Source: Eledone cirrhosa (taxonomy: Eukaryota). Taken from it: 64,000 nt of DNA. Positions 25,925 to 39,295 of the stretch are shown here, in pieces. The translations under genes and the position numbers were made by a program. The stretch lies in the NCBI GenBank assembly GCA_964016885.1, contig OZ024750.1, positions 42,098,001-42,162,000 of the forward strand, read 5' to 3'. The notes under the pieces were generated by a model that searched no databases, was not told the origin of the DNA, and saw nothing but the letters and a program-made list of their open reading frames with translations. Each line of letters begins with the position of its first letter. Position 1 is the first letter of the stretch.

Positions 25925-26873
25925 AAATTCTTGACTATTTTCAAAATTACTTGTAAATCAGATTCACACCTGCCTAGAAAATAGATACTAATAGATGATC
26001 ATGAATCATTTCTAGCTTATAAATTTTCTTTTGATCTAAATTTCTCCGAGTGCACGAGAGATACAATGCAAGTTTTCCCTATATAAAATTATCTCCATTC
26101 AATGGACATAATTGTATGTGGTACTTTTTATTTATTCCACCTTCCCTGATGAGGTCAGCTTTGCCTTTCATCCTTGAAGGGTTGATAACATAAAGTACCA
26201 GTCCAAGGTCATTAGTGGATTAGTGAAATTGTTAATATAGGGAGTGATGCCTTGTGGTATTTGTTCCAGTTCATTACATTTTTGGTTCAAATCCTGCTAT
26301 GGTCTTCCCTGGGTGGCATGCTTAATTTGTTGGCTTGGTTCAACACCACCACATTGCCCTTAGGTGACTTTAGCAGAGTGTTGACTCTGTTGTAAAGTAT
26401 TTAAACCAGGTCCCCCCCCCCCGTCATTCTCCTCTCTTCTCTTCACCTCTCTTTCCTTCTCGCCTCTTGCCTCCCCATAGCCCCTTCTCCCCTCCAATGC
26501 CCCTCTCAGCAGCTTTCACCCTTCCTACAGTAGGGAGAGGGTGGGTAATAAATTGAAAAGGAACTCTTAACTGATAAAGTATTTTATTTTTATTTTATAT
26601 TTATCTGATATGATGTTCATTAAATGTCCCTTTATACCAGAAACAATAAACATTAAAGGAATACCCTGTAAACACAGATTTACAATAGATACACCTTATA
26701 CCTACATATTGTGAGAGGTGACTAAAGGGGCTTGGCACCATGAAGGGCATCCAACTGTAAAATATTGTCTCCCTTGAAACCAGAGGTGTAACTATGGAAA
26801 ACAGTGTCTGTGGCAAGCAGTGACATTACACCCTACCCAAATTACCTAGGGTCAAATAATTTATATAAATGGT

Positions 26874-27274
26874 TTAACCTTTTAGCATTTATATTACTCT
26901 ATATATACTATTATATTTTCACTGCTTTACCTCACTTAATATCAAATCTGAGATTTTAAAATTATATATTTGGAGAACAATACCTTAACATCATAATGAG
27001 TGGCCAGTTTGGCCAGTGGTGGATTGGCAGTATCGGTAGAGGGTCGGACGCCATGCTTTCCAGCATAGTTACGTCCCTTTACGATCTGAGTTCAAATCCC
27101 ACCGAGGTTGACTTTGCCTTTCATCCTATGGGGTCGATAAAATAAAGTACCAGTAATGCACTGGGTAATTGCTGGCCTTGTGCCTAAAGTAGAAACAGTT
27201 ATGAGTGGCCGGTTTGAACTGGAAGAGGTGAGAATTCTGGCAGGATATGGCTGGTTTAAATGCTAAAGGTTTAA
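26874..27274 (+). mobile_element. TTAA MITE family 1 with nested full-length SINE A (~27013-27202)
   Basis: MITE termini; atgagtggcc is present on both sides of the SINE. Confidence 0.8.
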
Positions 27275-27717
27275 TGATCCAGCCACTATAGTGTTTCTTG
27301 CCCATGATAATCAGACAGATCATACATCTGAAGGAGTTTCTTTTTTTACCACTCTCCCGCGATTGCTTGTCTGACTTAGAAACTGCTCCTAGTCCAAGTG
27401 GCAACTGTGCCATGTGCCATTCTCTAGTTATGTCTCTGCTTGAAACATCCTGTCCTATACCAGCATAGAAAAGTCAGACCAGGGCTTCCCAACCTTTTTG
27501 CATCATCCCCCACTTTCACATGGAAACATTTTCCACTACCCACCGGTGTAATAAATATTCAAAAGCATACCAAAAATTTTTGGTAAAAGTTCTTTACTGG
27601 TTGTTATTCCAATTTAGCCTCCTGTTTTATTTATTTATTTTTTTAAAAATACATGTTCTTTGCATGTATGTCTCCTTTGAATACTTTTTTTCTGGTAGCA
27701 TATGTTGAAATACCTTC

Positions 27718-28164
27718 TTAACCCTTTAGCATTTAAACCAGCCACATCCGGCCAGAATTCTCTCACCTCTTCCTGTTCAAACCGGTTGTAACTGGCCACT
27801 CATACTGACGTTAAAGTATTGTTCTCAAAGTAAATAATATCAAAATCTCATAGATTCGATATTATGTAAGATAATTATGTGGAGTAAAGCCTTTACTGTG
27901 AAATTACAATAGTATATATATAGAGTAATGTAAATGTTATGTGAGATATTATGTGAGGTAAAGCCTTTACTGTGAAAATACAATAGTATATATAGAGTAA
28001 TGTAAATGTTATGTGAGATATTATGTGAGGTAAAGCCTTTACTGTGAAAATACAATAGTATATATAGAGTAATGTAAATGTTATGTGAGATATTATGTGA
28101 GGTAAAGCCTTTACTGTGAAAATACAATAGTATATATAGAGTAATGTAAATGGTAAAGGGTTAA
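27718..28164 (-). mobile_element. TTAA MITE family 1 with internal 72-bp tandem expansion
   Basis: Both TIRs present; ~4 copies of the same unit that forms the 21-kb array. Confidence 0.85.
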
Positions 28165-28379
28165 TATTCAAAATCCTATATCGTCCACCAAAATTTCCAT
28201 TCACTCGTTTTCTGTTCAGTTGTTCCTCACCCACCCAACAATGGCCTACCTGTGGGTGATGGTCTAGGTTGGGAGACTCTGACAAAGACCATCTTGTAGA
28301 GAAAGATCAGTATTTCAATTCTTAATTTTCTTTGTGTTCTTGAAAATTAATCCCACCCTGCCATCTAAGCCAGCAATAG

Positions 28380-29015
28380 CTTTCTTTGCCCTACCAGCAA
28401 TAATACAGTACTATAGCTTTCCCTTCCTACCATCTAAATAGTACAGCTTTCCTTGCCCTACCAGCAATAGTACAGTACTATAGCTTTCCTTTCCTTACCA
28501 GCAATAGTACAGTACTATAGCTTTCCCTTCCTACCATCTAAATAGTACAGCTTTCCTTGCCCTACCAGCAATAGTACAGTACTATAGCTTTCCTTTCCTT
28601 ACCAGCAATAGTACAGTACTATAGCTTTCCCTTCCTATCATCTAAATAGTACAGTACTACAGCTTTCCTTTCCTTACCAGCAATAGTACAGTACTATAGC
28701 TTTCCCTTCCTATCATCTAAATAGTACAGTACTATAGCTTTCCTTGCCCTACCATCTAAATAGTACAGTACTATAGCTTTCCTTGCCCTACCAGCAATAG
28801 TACAGTACTATAGATTTCCCTTCCTACCATCTAAATAGTACCGTACTATAGCTTTCCTTGCCCTACCAGCAATAGTACAGTACTATAGCTTTCCTTGCCC
28901 TACCAGCAATAGTACAGTACTATAGCTTTCCTTGCCCTACCAGCAATAGTACAGTACTATAGCTTTCCTTGCCCTACCAGCAATAGTACAGTACTATAGC
29001 TTTCCTTGCCCTACC
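28380..29015. repeat. 37-bp minisatellite with internal palindrome
   Basis: Unit ccctaccagcaatagtacagtactatagctttccttg contains ATAGTAC-A-GTACTAT. Confidence 0.92.
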
Positions 29016-29942
29016 ATCCAAATCAGTTCCACCCAACCATCCACACTCATCTTATTACAGAACTACAGCTGTCCCCACCTCATCATCAAAATCAGACTTT
29101 CATCCTACCCTGCCATCCAAAGCAGACCTTCACCACCCTACCATCCAAAGCAGACCTTCACCACCCTACCATCCAAAGCAGACCTTCACCACCCTACCAT
29201 CCAAAGCAGACCTTCACCACCCTACCAGCCAAGCAAGCCCCACTCAACCATCCAGACTTTCCCTACTCCACCTCACCATCTCAACCTACCCCGCCATCGC
29301 ACCTCACCCAACCCAACTCCACCATCCGACCTCACCTCACCTCACCTCACCGACCTCACCTCACCTCACCTCACCCACCCCACCATACCATCCATATATC
29401 TATATCTATATATATTAGTACTACATCACCAGCAGGATTGAACCAGCTCTCTATGCTACTACCAATTTCAGACTGTTGACCTATTTTCTACACATCATTT
29501 CTCTTCCTGCTTAGTTCAACACAGTTGCTCTTCCTCTCCCCTCTCCTCCTGCTGATCAATTCCAGCTTTCCCTCTTCCTCCTCCTCCTTTTCTTCCTCTT
29601 CTTCTTCCTTTTTATTTCTATATTTATTTATTTATTTACTTGTTTGTTGTACTTTTATTTTCTCTGTCAGGTTAAAACTGTTGTTGACAATGATTGTGAC
29701 AGAACATTTTACAGTCACCTGCTCACACCCCCCTCCGTCCACTTCTCCCTATTATATTGCTGTCTATTTCTCTCCCCGCGCGCTGGCGCGTGCACACACA
29801 CACACATATAGGAAAAGGTATGACCCCGACGGCAGAGCTCAAGCCGTTTCGACAACTATTTCCTATTACCCACTCTACTACCCTAAGTATTGAGTACTCT
29901 GGTGCGTTATGGTCCATCTGGTTCCTTACCACAATTCCTTCG

Positions 29943-29979
<37 letters not shown>

Positions 29980-30176
29980 TGTAATAAACAACATAAGGCA
30001 ATTATTTCATTTACCAGTGGTTTCTTAAAAGCAAAAAAATTTTGCTTTCAATCATCAGAATGAAAAAATCCTGGTGTATTTATTGACGTTGGATTTTAAA
30101 AACCTATATATATATATATATAGATAGATATCAATGATATTAAATAAATGGAAACTATATTTATAAAACCATTTTT

Positions 30177-30236
30177 ATTCTATTATATATATTTCAAGGG
30201 TACCAAAAGTTTTGGTACGCTCTCATCAGATAAAAT
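30177..30236 (-). ncRNA. Type I minimal hammerhead ribozyme (minus-strand copy)
   Basis: Reverse complement reads attttat-CTGATGA-gagcgtaccaaa act tttggtaccctt-GAAA-tatata-TA-atagaat. Confidence 0.75.
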
Positions 30237-30334
30237 ACAAAATTTGTTTTATAAATAGTGACGTATCCCAGAAACCAGACCTTATCGGTTCAGGTTCAGT
30301 TTGGATATGTCACTATTTATAAAACTACTTTTGT

Positions 30335-30394
30335 ATTTTGTCTGATGAGAGCGTACCAAAGTTTTTGGTACTCTTGAAATGTATATAATAGAAT
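30335..30394 (+). ncRNA. Type I minimal hammerhead ribozyme
   Basis: attttgt-CTGATGA(30342-30348)-gagcgtaccaaa gtt tttggtactctt-GAAA(30376-30379)-tgtata-TA-atagaat. Predicted cleavage after 30387. Confidence 0.78.
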
Positions 30395-30503
30395 AAATAT
30401 GGTTTCCATTTATTAATATCATTGATATTATACTCCAGAGAGTGCTTCGAATCTGTTATAAATAAATTTGTTGAATAACCAACAAATTAAATATCTCTTT
30501 GCT

Positions 30504-30534
<31 letters not shown>

Positions 30535-30962
30535 ATATAATGTGTGTGTGTGTGTATACGTTTCCTTTTAAAACTTTGATAAAATCTTTTTCATATTTCA
30601 TTTAGTGTTCTGTTTTAAGATTCTTCCGTAAAGAGTTTACACACGCACACGCACACACACGTCAGAGCTATAGTTCTTTTAGATTTTAAACATACAAATT
30701 TTGAAGCATCGTGTGTGTGTATATATATATATATATACGCACATACATACACAATGAAATATATGGAGAATAATTCCATATTTGTTATTAATATTAATTT
30801 AATGTGTTATATTTCAAAAAGTTCCAGAGTATTGGAAAACAGCTTCTGACTTTCTCCAGAGTTAACGATCTCCTTAATTATTGAACTGCATAAATTCCGT
30901 TTCATTTATTTGCAGGAAGGGGGGGGGGGTATAATTAGTTCAAAGACTTTATTATTATTATT

Positions 30963-31613
30963 AGGGCAGTGGATTGGCAGTGTCGGTAGAGGGTCGGACG
31001 CCATGATTTGCAACAGAGTTACGGCCCTTTAAGGTCTGAGTTCAAATCCCGCCGAGGTTAACTTTGCCTTTCATCCTCACGGGGTCGATAAAATAAAGTA
31101 CCAGTAATACACTGGGTTAAAATTGCTGGCCTTGTGCCAAAAGTAGAAACAATAATTATTATTATTACTGGGTAATTGCTGGCCTTGTGCCTAAAGTAGA
31201 AACACTTATTATTATTACTAGGGCAGTGGATTGGGAGTAATCGGTAGAGCATTGGACATGATTTGTGGTATAGAGTTACAGCCCTTTCTGCTCTGAGTTC
31301 AAATCAAGCTGAGATTAGTTTTGTCATTCATCCCTACGGGGTCGATAAAATAAAGTACCAGTAACACACTGGGGTCGATTTAATCAACTTTCACCTTTCC
31401 CTTAATTGCTGGCCTTGCGCCTATATAAGGATTGGCAGAATCGGTAGAGGGCCGGATGTCATGCTTTGACGCATAGTTACGCCCCTTGCCATTTTGAGTT
31501 CAAATCCCGCCAAGGTTAACTTTGCCTTTCATCCTTACAGGGTCGATAAAATAAAGTACCAGTAATGTACTGGGGTAATTGCTGGCCTTGTGCCAAAAGT
31601 AGAAACAATTATT
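30963..31613 (+). mobile_element. Head-to-tail cluster of SINE family A copies (three long, one fragment)
   Basis: Copies at ~30963-31153, 31167-31205, 31220-31425 and 31428-31613. Confidence 0.85.
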
Positions 31614-31639
31614 CCCCCCCCCCCCACACACACACATTC

Positions 31640-33447
31640 TGCTAGGTAGCTGTGTTGTAGATTGCTAGGTAGCTGTGTTGTAGATTGCTAGGTAACTGTG
31701 TTGTAGATTGCTAGGTAGCTGTGTTGTAGATTGCTAGGTAGCTGTGTTGTAGATTGCTAGGTAGCTGTGTTGTAGATTGCTAGGTAGCTGTGTTGTAGAT
31801 TGCTAGGTAGCTGTGTTGTAGATTGCTAGGTAGCTGTGTTGTAGATTGCTAGGTAGCTGTGTTGTAGATTGCTAGGTAGCTGTGTTGTAGATTGCTAGGT
31901 AGCTGTGTTGTAGATTGCTAGGTAGCTGTGTTGTAGATTGCTGGGTAGCTGTGTTGTAGATTGCTAGGTAGCTGTGTTGTAGATTGCTAGGTAGCTGTGT
32001 TGTAGATTGCTAGGTAGCTGTGTTGTAGATTGCTAGGTAGCTGTGTTGTAGATTGCTAGGTAGCTGTGTTGTAGATTGCTGGGTAGCTGTGTTGTAGATT
32101 GCTAGGTAGCTGTGTTGTAGATTGCTAGGTAGCTGTGTTGTAGATTGCTAGGTAGCTGTGTTGTAGATTGCTAGGTAGCTGTGTTGTAGATTGCTAGGTA
32201 GCCTGTGTTGTAGATTGCTAGGTAGCCTGTGTTGTAGATTGCTAGGTAGCCTGTGTTGTAGATTGCTAGGTAGCCTGTGTTGTAGATTGCTAGGTAGCCT
32301 GTGTTGTAGATTGCTAGGTAGTTGTGTTGTAGATTGCTAGATAGTTGTGTTGTAGATTGCTAGGTAGCTGTGTTGTAGATTGCTAGGTAGCTGTGTTGTA
32401 GATTGCTAGGTAGCTGTGTTGTAGATTGCTATGTAGCTGTGTTGTAGATTGCTGGGTAGCTGTGTTGTAGATTGCTAGGTAGCCTGTGTTGTAGATTGCT
32501 AGGTAGCCTGTGTTGTAGATTGCTAGGTAGCCTGTGTTGTAGATTGCTAGGTAGTTGTGTTGTAGATTGCTAGATAGTGTTGTAGATTGCTAGGTAGCTG
32601 TGTTGTAGATTGCTATGTAGCTGTGTTGTAGATTGCTAGGTAGCTGTGTTGTAGATTGCTAGGTAGCTGTGTTGTAGATTGCTAGGTAGCTGTGTTGTAG
32701 ATTGCTAGGTAGCTGTGTTGTAGATTGCTATGTAGCTGTGTTGTAGATTGCTGGGTAGCTGTGTTGTAGATTGCTAGGTAGCCTGTGTTGTAGATTGCTA
32801 GGTAGCCTGTGTTGTAGATTGCTAGGTAGCCTGTGTTGTAGATTGCTAGGTAGTTGTGTTGTAGATTGCTAGATAGTGTTGTAGATTGCTAGGTAGCTGT
32901 GTTGTAGATTGCTAGGTAGCTGTGTTGTAGATTGCTAGGTAGCTGTGTTGTAGATTGCTATGTAGCTGTGTTGTAGATTGCTAGGTAGCTGTGTTGTAGA
33001 TTGCTAGGTAGCCTGTGTTGTAGATTGCTAGGTAGCCTGTGTTGTAGATTGCTAGGTAGCCTGTGTTGTAGATTGCTAGGTAGCTGTGTTGTAGATTGCT
33101 AGGTAGCTGTGTTGTAGATTGCTAGATAGCTGTGTTGTAGATTGCTAGATAGCTGTGTTGTAGATTGCTAGATAGCTGTGTTGTAGATTGCTAGATAGCT
33201 GTGTTGTAGATTGCTAGATAGCTGTGCTGTAGATTGCTAGATAGCTGTGCTGTAGATTGCTAGATAGCTGTGCTGTAGATTGCTAGGTAGCCTGTGCTGT
33301 AGATTGCTAGGTAGCCTGTGTTGTAGATTGCTAGGTAGCCTGTGTTGTAGATTGCTAGGTAGCTGTGTTGTAGATTGCTAGGTAGCTGTGTTGTAGATTG
33401 CTAGGTAGCTGTGTTGTAGATAGCTGTGTAGCAGATTGCTAGATAGC
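31640..33447. repeat. 23-bp satellite, ~78 copies
   Basis: Unit gctaggtagctgtgttgtagatt with clustered variants (+c, gata, atgt). Confidence 0.97.
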
Positions 33448-35388
33448 AAGCTATATTGTACAGCTATATCTATCTATCTATCTTATTGTACAGCTATATC
33501 TATCTATAAACCCTCATACCAAGTAAACCATCTTTCTCTAGCCGGGAAATTCATTCTATATCCAATATGTCCTACCAAACTATTTTAACTTCTTGCCACT
33601 CATCCCTAAGGTTCTAATTACAATTGGGATGATTACAACATTCTAAATACTTTACATTTTATATATTTTAGGTCCTTTTATTCTATTATCTCTCCTCTTC
33701 TTGGTCTACCACTCTTGTATGAATCATTGAATTACTAACACCCTACTATCAACCATAATAACATGCCATGTGTGTTTGTATATATATATTTATATGTCTG
33801 TAACTCTTTAAAATTTACTCACACAAACATATATACGATGCTTTTCCTATCTCAGTTATGTTGCAACAATAAAATACCAGCAATGTGCTGGGGTTGATTT
33901 GACTTTCCTCCCTTCCCCCAAATTACTGCCCTTGTGCCTAAATCAGAAACAATTCTTATTTAAATCTCTTGTCTATTTAATAAAGTAAATCTAGTAAGTC
34001 TGTTATATGATTCGTAAATGTCTGTAAAAATATTCTAATATTGAAAAGTTGGAATCAAAAGCAATGTTTATTGGAGTTAATGTTTATTGTTTGAGTAGTT
34101 TCTACTATATGAACAACAACATCATGTTGATTTCTTTGAAACCAAAGTCTATAATACTAGATGTCAAATAAATGAAGTCTTGCTTTATTTTTTACACCTT
34201 ATTTTTGTTGACAAATTTAGTACATTCTTTAATATAGTGTCAACATATTCAACACACATTTTTCGGGGGTTTTTTTAAGTTTCTTCACAGAAAATTTCAT
34301 TATTAAAATTTTGAGACAATATTTTGTTTTTGGTGTAGATATTTCCTTCTACAATTTACATTCTTTTACTGTTGCTGGTTTTGTCTGAAATAGTAGATAG
34401 AATATTACTGTGGAAGCTTCCAGAAAAGTGAAAATATTTCTAGCTAACATAATGTCTCTATATAAACAGGTTTAGGGTCTTTTTTCTTTTTTTTAAATAT
34501 AAATTAAATTTATTGTAAAGACTTAGTTTCTGAATTGGTAATATGTGTTTCCATTTCTATGTTAAAATTCCTACAAACTGATACGAACTTAACCCCTCCA
34601 TTACTATATATCTCTGAAAATATACTTTGCCTTTGTGAGTGAATAACAATAATATAATAATAATATAGTAATATTATAATAATATAGTAATATTATAATA
34701 ATAATATAGTAATATTAATATTCAGTTTGTTAACTAGTAAACAGCCTCATAAAACCCCACGTGGTAGATGAACAACTTCATACTTTTGTTCCAGTGGTAG
34801 CTGAGAGAAAACAATTGACAATTGTTTCGGAGATTAAAGGCATTTGAAACAGCAAACATTTCTTACATAAAATTATGAAGGGTGGTTTAAATTAAATTTC
34901 TTTGTTCAGAGAACCAGGTGTGTTTTAGGCAGGTTGATATTAAAAGGGTTAAATGTGGGATGTTGGTATAAAGGTGGGAAGGACAGTTTTCATACTGTGG
35001 ATATCATTTGATGGATCAACAAGATCCCAGACCAAGTGGGGTTGAACTCGTCAAATTGGACCGAGGAAACAATGTTTCCATTGGTCTTTCCATTGCTAAT
35101 ACTATCTACCGGTCACAACTCCTGCGAGTTGATCTCACAATTGCAAATCCAATACTCTAACCACTCAGCTAAACACCTTCACAATTATGTGGTGGAACCA
35201 ACTAAATGATAGATTGGTTTATGGTCAGCACCAGCAGGCTCTTTGGATGTTTTATGTTTGTCGTAGGTTTTCATTTTTTGGCCACCCACCTCTCACGGCC
35301 ATGTAATAGTCTTGTTGTAGTCTGTTGGTAGTTCAGAATTACACCTGGTGAATACTTTGGGTTTACTCTTGTTTCGAATAGATATACA

Positions 35389-35740
35389 GGTTGTGAGTTC
35401 AATTCTCAGACCGGGTGATGTGTTGTTTCCTTGAGCAAGACACTTTATTTCACATTGCTCCAGTTTACTCAGCTGTAGAAATGAGATGATAGGACTGGGG
35501 TCCATATGATTCCACTGCAAAGTGGTCGTGTAGGTGCCACGGCAAAAAAGCACCCAGCACTCACTGTAAAGTGGACGTGTAGGCGCCACGGAAAAAAAGC
35601 ATCCAGCACTCACTGTAAATGAGGTTGGTGTTAGGAAGGGCATCCAGCTGTATAAATGAAGCCAGAATCAGTTCCCGTCCCACCCTTGCAAGCAGGGAAA
35701 AGCAGACGTAAAATGATGATGATGATGGTGGTGATGATGA
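35389..35740 (+). mobile_element. SINE family B, 5'-truncated
   Basis: Core plus RTE-type tail gcaagcagggaaaagcagacgtaaaatgatgatgatg. Confidence 0.85.
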
Positions 35741-36133
35741 TACAAAACAGGTGTGTCACACCATTATAACAGTATTATATTAGTCTCACAATCATAATGC
35801 CATGGTTTGATTCCTGGACTGGCCAGTGTGTTGTAGTCTTCACTAAGAAGCTTCATTTCACGTTGTTTTTCATGATATAAGCCCCTTACTATTAAAATAG
35901 CCCCCCACCCCCACCCCCACCAATTGCTGGCCCTTGTGCCAATGGTAGAAACACTTATTACGTATGGTCTTCCATACTGCCTGGCCACTTTCACTTTGCA
36001 CAGATTTGTCACATTGATCCATAGTTTTATATTTGTTCTGTTAAATACAGACATTAACAGGTTAGTATAACTTGCTTAGTCATAGGCTGAGATGATGCTG
36101 GCTCTTATATCACTGATGTCTTTCACCCCCCCC

Positions 36134-36691
36134 CCTCTCTCTATTGCTCTCTTTCTATCTATCTCTCTCTTTCTCTCTATCTCTCGCTCTCTCTATCTCT
36201 ATCTGTCTTTCTTGCTCTCTTTCTATCTATCTCTCACTTTCTCTCTATTTCTCTCTCTCTCTCTTTCTCTCTGTGTCTCTTTCTCTCTGTGTCTCTTACT
36301 CTCTCTATCTCTTTCTCTCTCTTTCTCTCTGTGTCTCTCTTTCTCTCTGTGTCTCTCTTTCTCTCTGTGTCTCTCTTTCTCTCTGTGTCTCTTTCTCTCT
36401 GTGTCTCTCTTTCTCTCTGTGTCTCTCTTTCTCTCCGTGTCTCTCTTTCTCTCTGTGTCTCTTTCTCTCTGTGTCTCTTTCTCTCTGTGTCTCTTTCTAT
36501 CTCTTTCTCTCTCTATCTCTTTCTCTCTCTATCTCTTTCTCTCTGTCTCTTTCTCTCTGTCTCTTTCTCTCTGTCTCTTTCTCTCTGTCTCTTTCTCTCT
36601 GTCTCTTTCTCTCTGTCTCTTTCTCTCTGTCTCTTTCTCTCTGTCTCTTTCTCTCTGTCTCTTTCTCTCTATCTCTTTCTCTCTATCTCTT

Positions 36692-36747
<56 letters not shown>

Positions 36748-36829
36748 TATCTCTTTCTTTTTCTAGCTCTTTCTTTCTTTCTTTATCTCTCTTTCTTTCT
36801 TTATCTCTCTCTTTCTCTCTCTCTCTCTT

Positions 36830-36866
<37 letters not shown>

Positions 36867-37066
36867 ATCTCTCTCTCTTTCTCTCTCTCTCTCTACGTAC
36901 ACGTGTGTGTATATGTCTGTGTGCCTGCATTTCTCTCTGACTGCGTATATATGTGATGTCTGTGATTTGTATGTATCTGTGTATGTGTGCCTGATGTGTA
37001 TGTGTCTGTGTACATGTATCTGTGTCTGTCTGTGTATGTCTGTCTGTATCTGTCTATGTACATGTA

Positions 37067-37110
<44 letters not shown>

Positions 37111-37700
37111 TCTGTACATGTGTGTCTGTCTGTGTGTCTATGTACATGTGTGTGTCTGTCTCTGTGTGTCTATGTACATGTGTGTGTCTGTCTCTGTGTC
37201 TCTGTACATGTATGTGTGTCTGTCTCTGTGTCTATGTACATGTGTGTGTGTGTGTGTCTCTGTACATGTATGTATGTATGTCTGTCTATGTACATGTATG
37301 TATGTATGTGTGTGTGTGTGTCTGTCTCTGTGTGTCTCTGTGTGTCTATGTACATGTAGCTGTGTGTGTGTGTGTGTGTCTCTGTACATGTGTGTGTGTG
37401 TGTCTCTGTACATGTGTGTCTGTCTCTGTGTGTCTATGTACATGTGTGTGTCTGTCTCTGTGTGTCTATGTACATGTGTGTGTCTGTCTCTGTGTCTCTG
37501 TACATGTATGTATGTCTGTCTGTGTGTCTATGTACATGTATCTGTGTGTGTGTCTGTCTGTGTCTATGTACATGTATCTGTGTGTGTGTGTCTATGTACA
37601 TGTATCTGTGTGTGTGTCTCTGTGTGTCTATGTACATGTCTCTGTGTGTGTGTGTCTCTGTGTGTCTATGTATGTATGTGTATGTGTGTATGTATGTGTG
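36134..37700. repeat. (CT)n-rich then (TG)/gtacatgt-rich low-complexity tract
   Basis: Simple sequence; it is the source of many spurious ORFs. Confidence 0.95.
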
Positions 37701-38021
37701 TTTACATTATGTAATATTTCAGAGCCAGTTTGACAAGTCGTTATATTCATTTAGTGAATGTCATAAAAATGTCAACCAACCAAGATTGAAAAGGAAGTAA
37801 CCTAACGAAGGGTTTAATATAACTGGCTGCGATATAAACCAGGCTGTAGATATATTTTAATAATATATATTTTGTCCCCTCTAAACTTGTGAGGGTGTAA
37901 CGACTTAGGGGGCAGCACTTCTATGTACACCATTAAACCTTCATCAGTTTAACCCTTCTTATAATAAACCTGCCTGAAACTACCCCGGATTCTGTGATGT
38001 TTCTCTTTTAAGGTTTTCATC

Positions 38022-38427
38022 ATTAAACAGGCCATATCCGGTCAGAATTCTCTCACCTCTTTCTGTTCAAACCGGCTGTAACCACCCACTCATACTGATG
38101 TTAAGGTATTGTTCTCAAAATAAATATCAATCTCATAGATTTGATATTATGCAAGATAAAGCCTTTACTGTGAAAATAGAATAGTATATATAGAGTAATG
38201 TAAATGTTGTGAGATATTATGTAAGGTAAAGCCTTTACTGTGAAAATAGAATAGTATATATAGGGTAATGTAAATGTTGTGAGATATGTGAGGTAAAGCC
38301 TTTACTGTGAAAATACAATAGTAAATATAGAGTAATGTAAATGTTATGTGAGATATTATGTGAGGTAAAGCCTTTACTGTGAAAATACAATAATATATAT
38401 AGAGTAATGTAAATGCTAAAGGGTTAA
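38022..38427 (-). mobile_element. TTAA MITE family 1 with internal tandem expansion
   Basis: Ends taaatgctaaagggttaa; ~4 internal 70-72-bp units. Confidence 0.8.
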
Positions 38428-38677
38428 ACTTAACTTAAAAGTTCTTACATTACATTATAATGGAAGGTTATGTTTCAAGCACCAACTTAATAATGAGAAA
38501 GTTAGTTGTTTTACTAAATCCCTCCCAATTTTTGATTTTTCAAAATAAATTGGAAACCATAGGCAGTGTATTTCATTAGAAAGACTTCCATAAAGAATGA
38601 CCATGGGATTTACACCTTGAAAGTTTCTCTTCTGGACATGGTGTTATTGTGGAAGACCAGTAGTCTCCACACCACCA

Positions 38678-39295
38678 TTGTTGTCTAATGGAAAGGCAAT
38701 GGCCAATACAGCTTGGCACCAGTGACATCACAACATTTATACATATACACTATATACACTATATATATACTATATATACACTATATATGTTGTCAATGGA
38801 AAGGCAATGGCCAATACAGCTTGGCACCAGTGACATCACAACATTTATATATATATACTATATATACTATATATATACTATATATACACTATATATATAC
38901 TATATACACACTATATATACACTATATATATACTATATATACACTATATATACACTATATATACACTATATATACACTATATATACTATATATACTATAT
39001 ATACACTATATATGTTGTCCAATGGAAAGGCAATGGCTAATACAGCATGGCACCAGTGACATCACAACATTTATACATATATACTATATATACACTATAT
39101 ATATATACTATATATACACTATATATGTTGTCCAATGGAAAGGCAATGGCTAATACAGCATGGCACCAGTGACATCACAACATTTATACATATATACTAT
39201 ATATACACTATATATATATACTATATATACACTATATATGTTGTCCAATGGAAAGGCAATGGCCAATACAGCTTGGCACCAGTGACATCACAACT
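38678..39295. repeat. Five copies of a ~60-bp unit separated by variable (tatatacac)n tracts
   Basis: tgttgtccaatggaaaggcaatggc(c/t)aatacagc(t/a)tggcaccagtgacatcacaac repeated. Confidence 0.9.

Larger units (their letters stand above)
30128..30504. mobile_element. Second palindromic, hammerhead-bearing non-autonomous element in a (TA)n tract
   Basis: Inverted arms ~30128-30268 and 30303-30428, tail actccagagagtgcttc, and (TA)n flanks. Confidence 0.7.

Noticed and set aside
26140-26205. CTGATGAG hammerhead-core match
   Set aside because: It is part of a diverged SINE A, with no stem II/GAAA arrangement.
38678-39295. Constant repeats with variable spacers (CRISPR-like)
   Set aside because: The spacers are length variants of one tatatacac simple repeat, not unique sequences.
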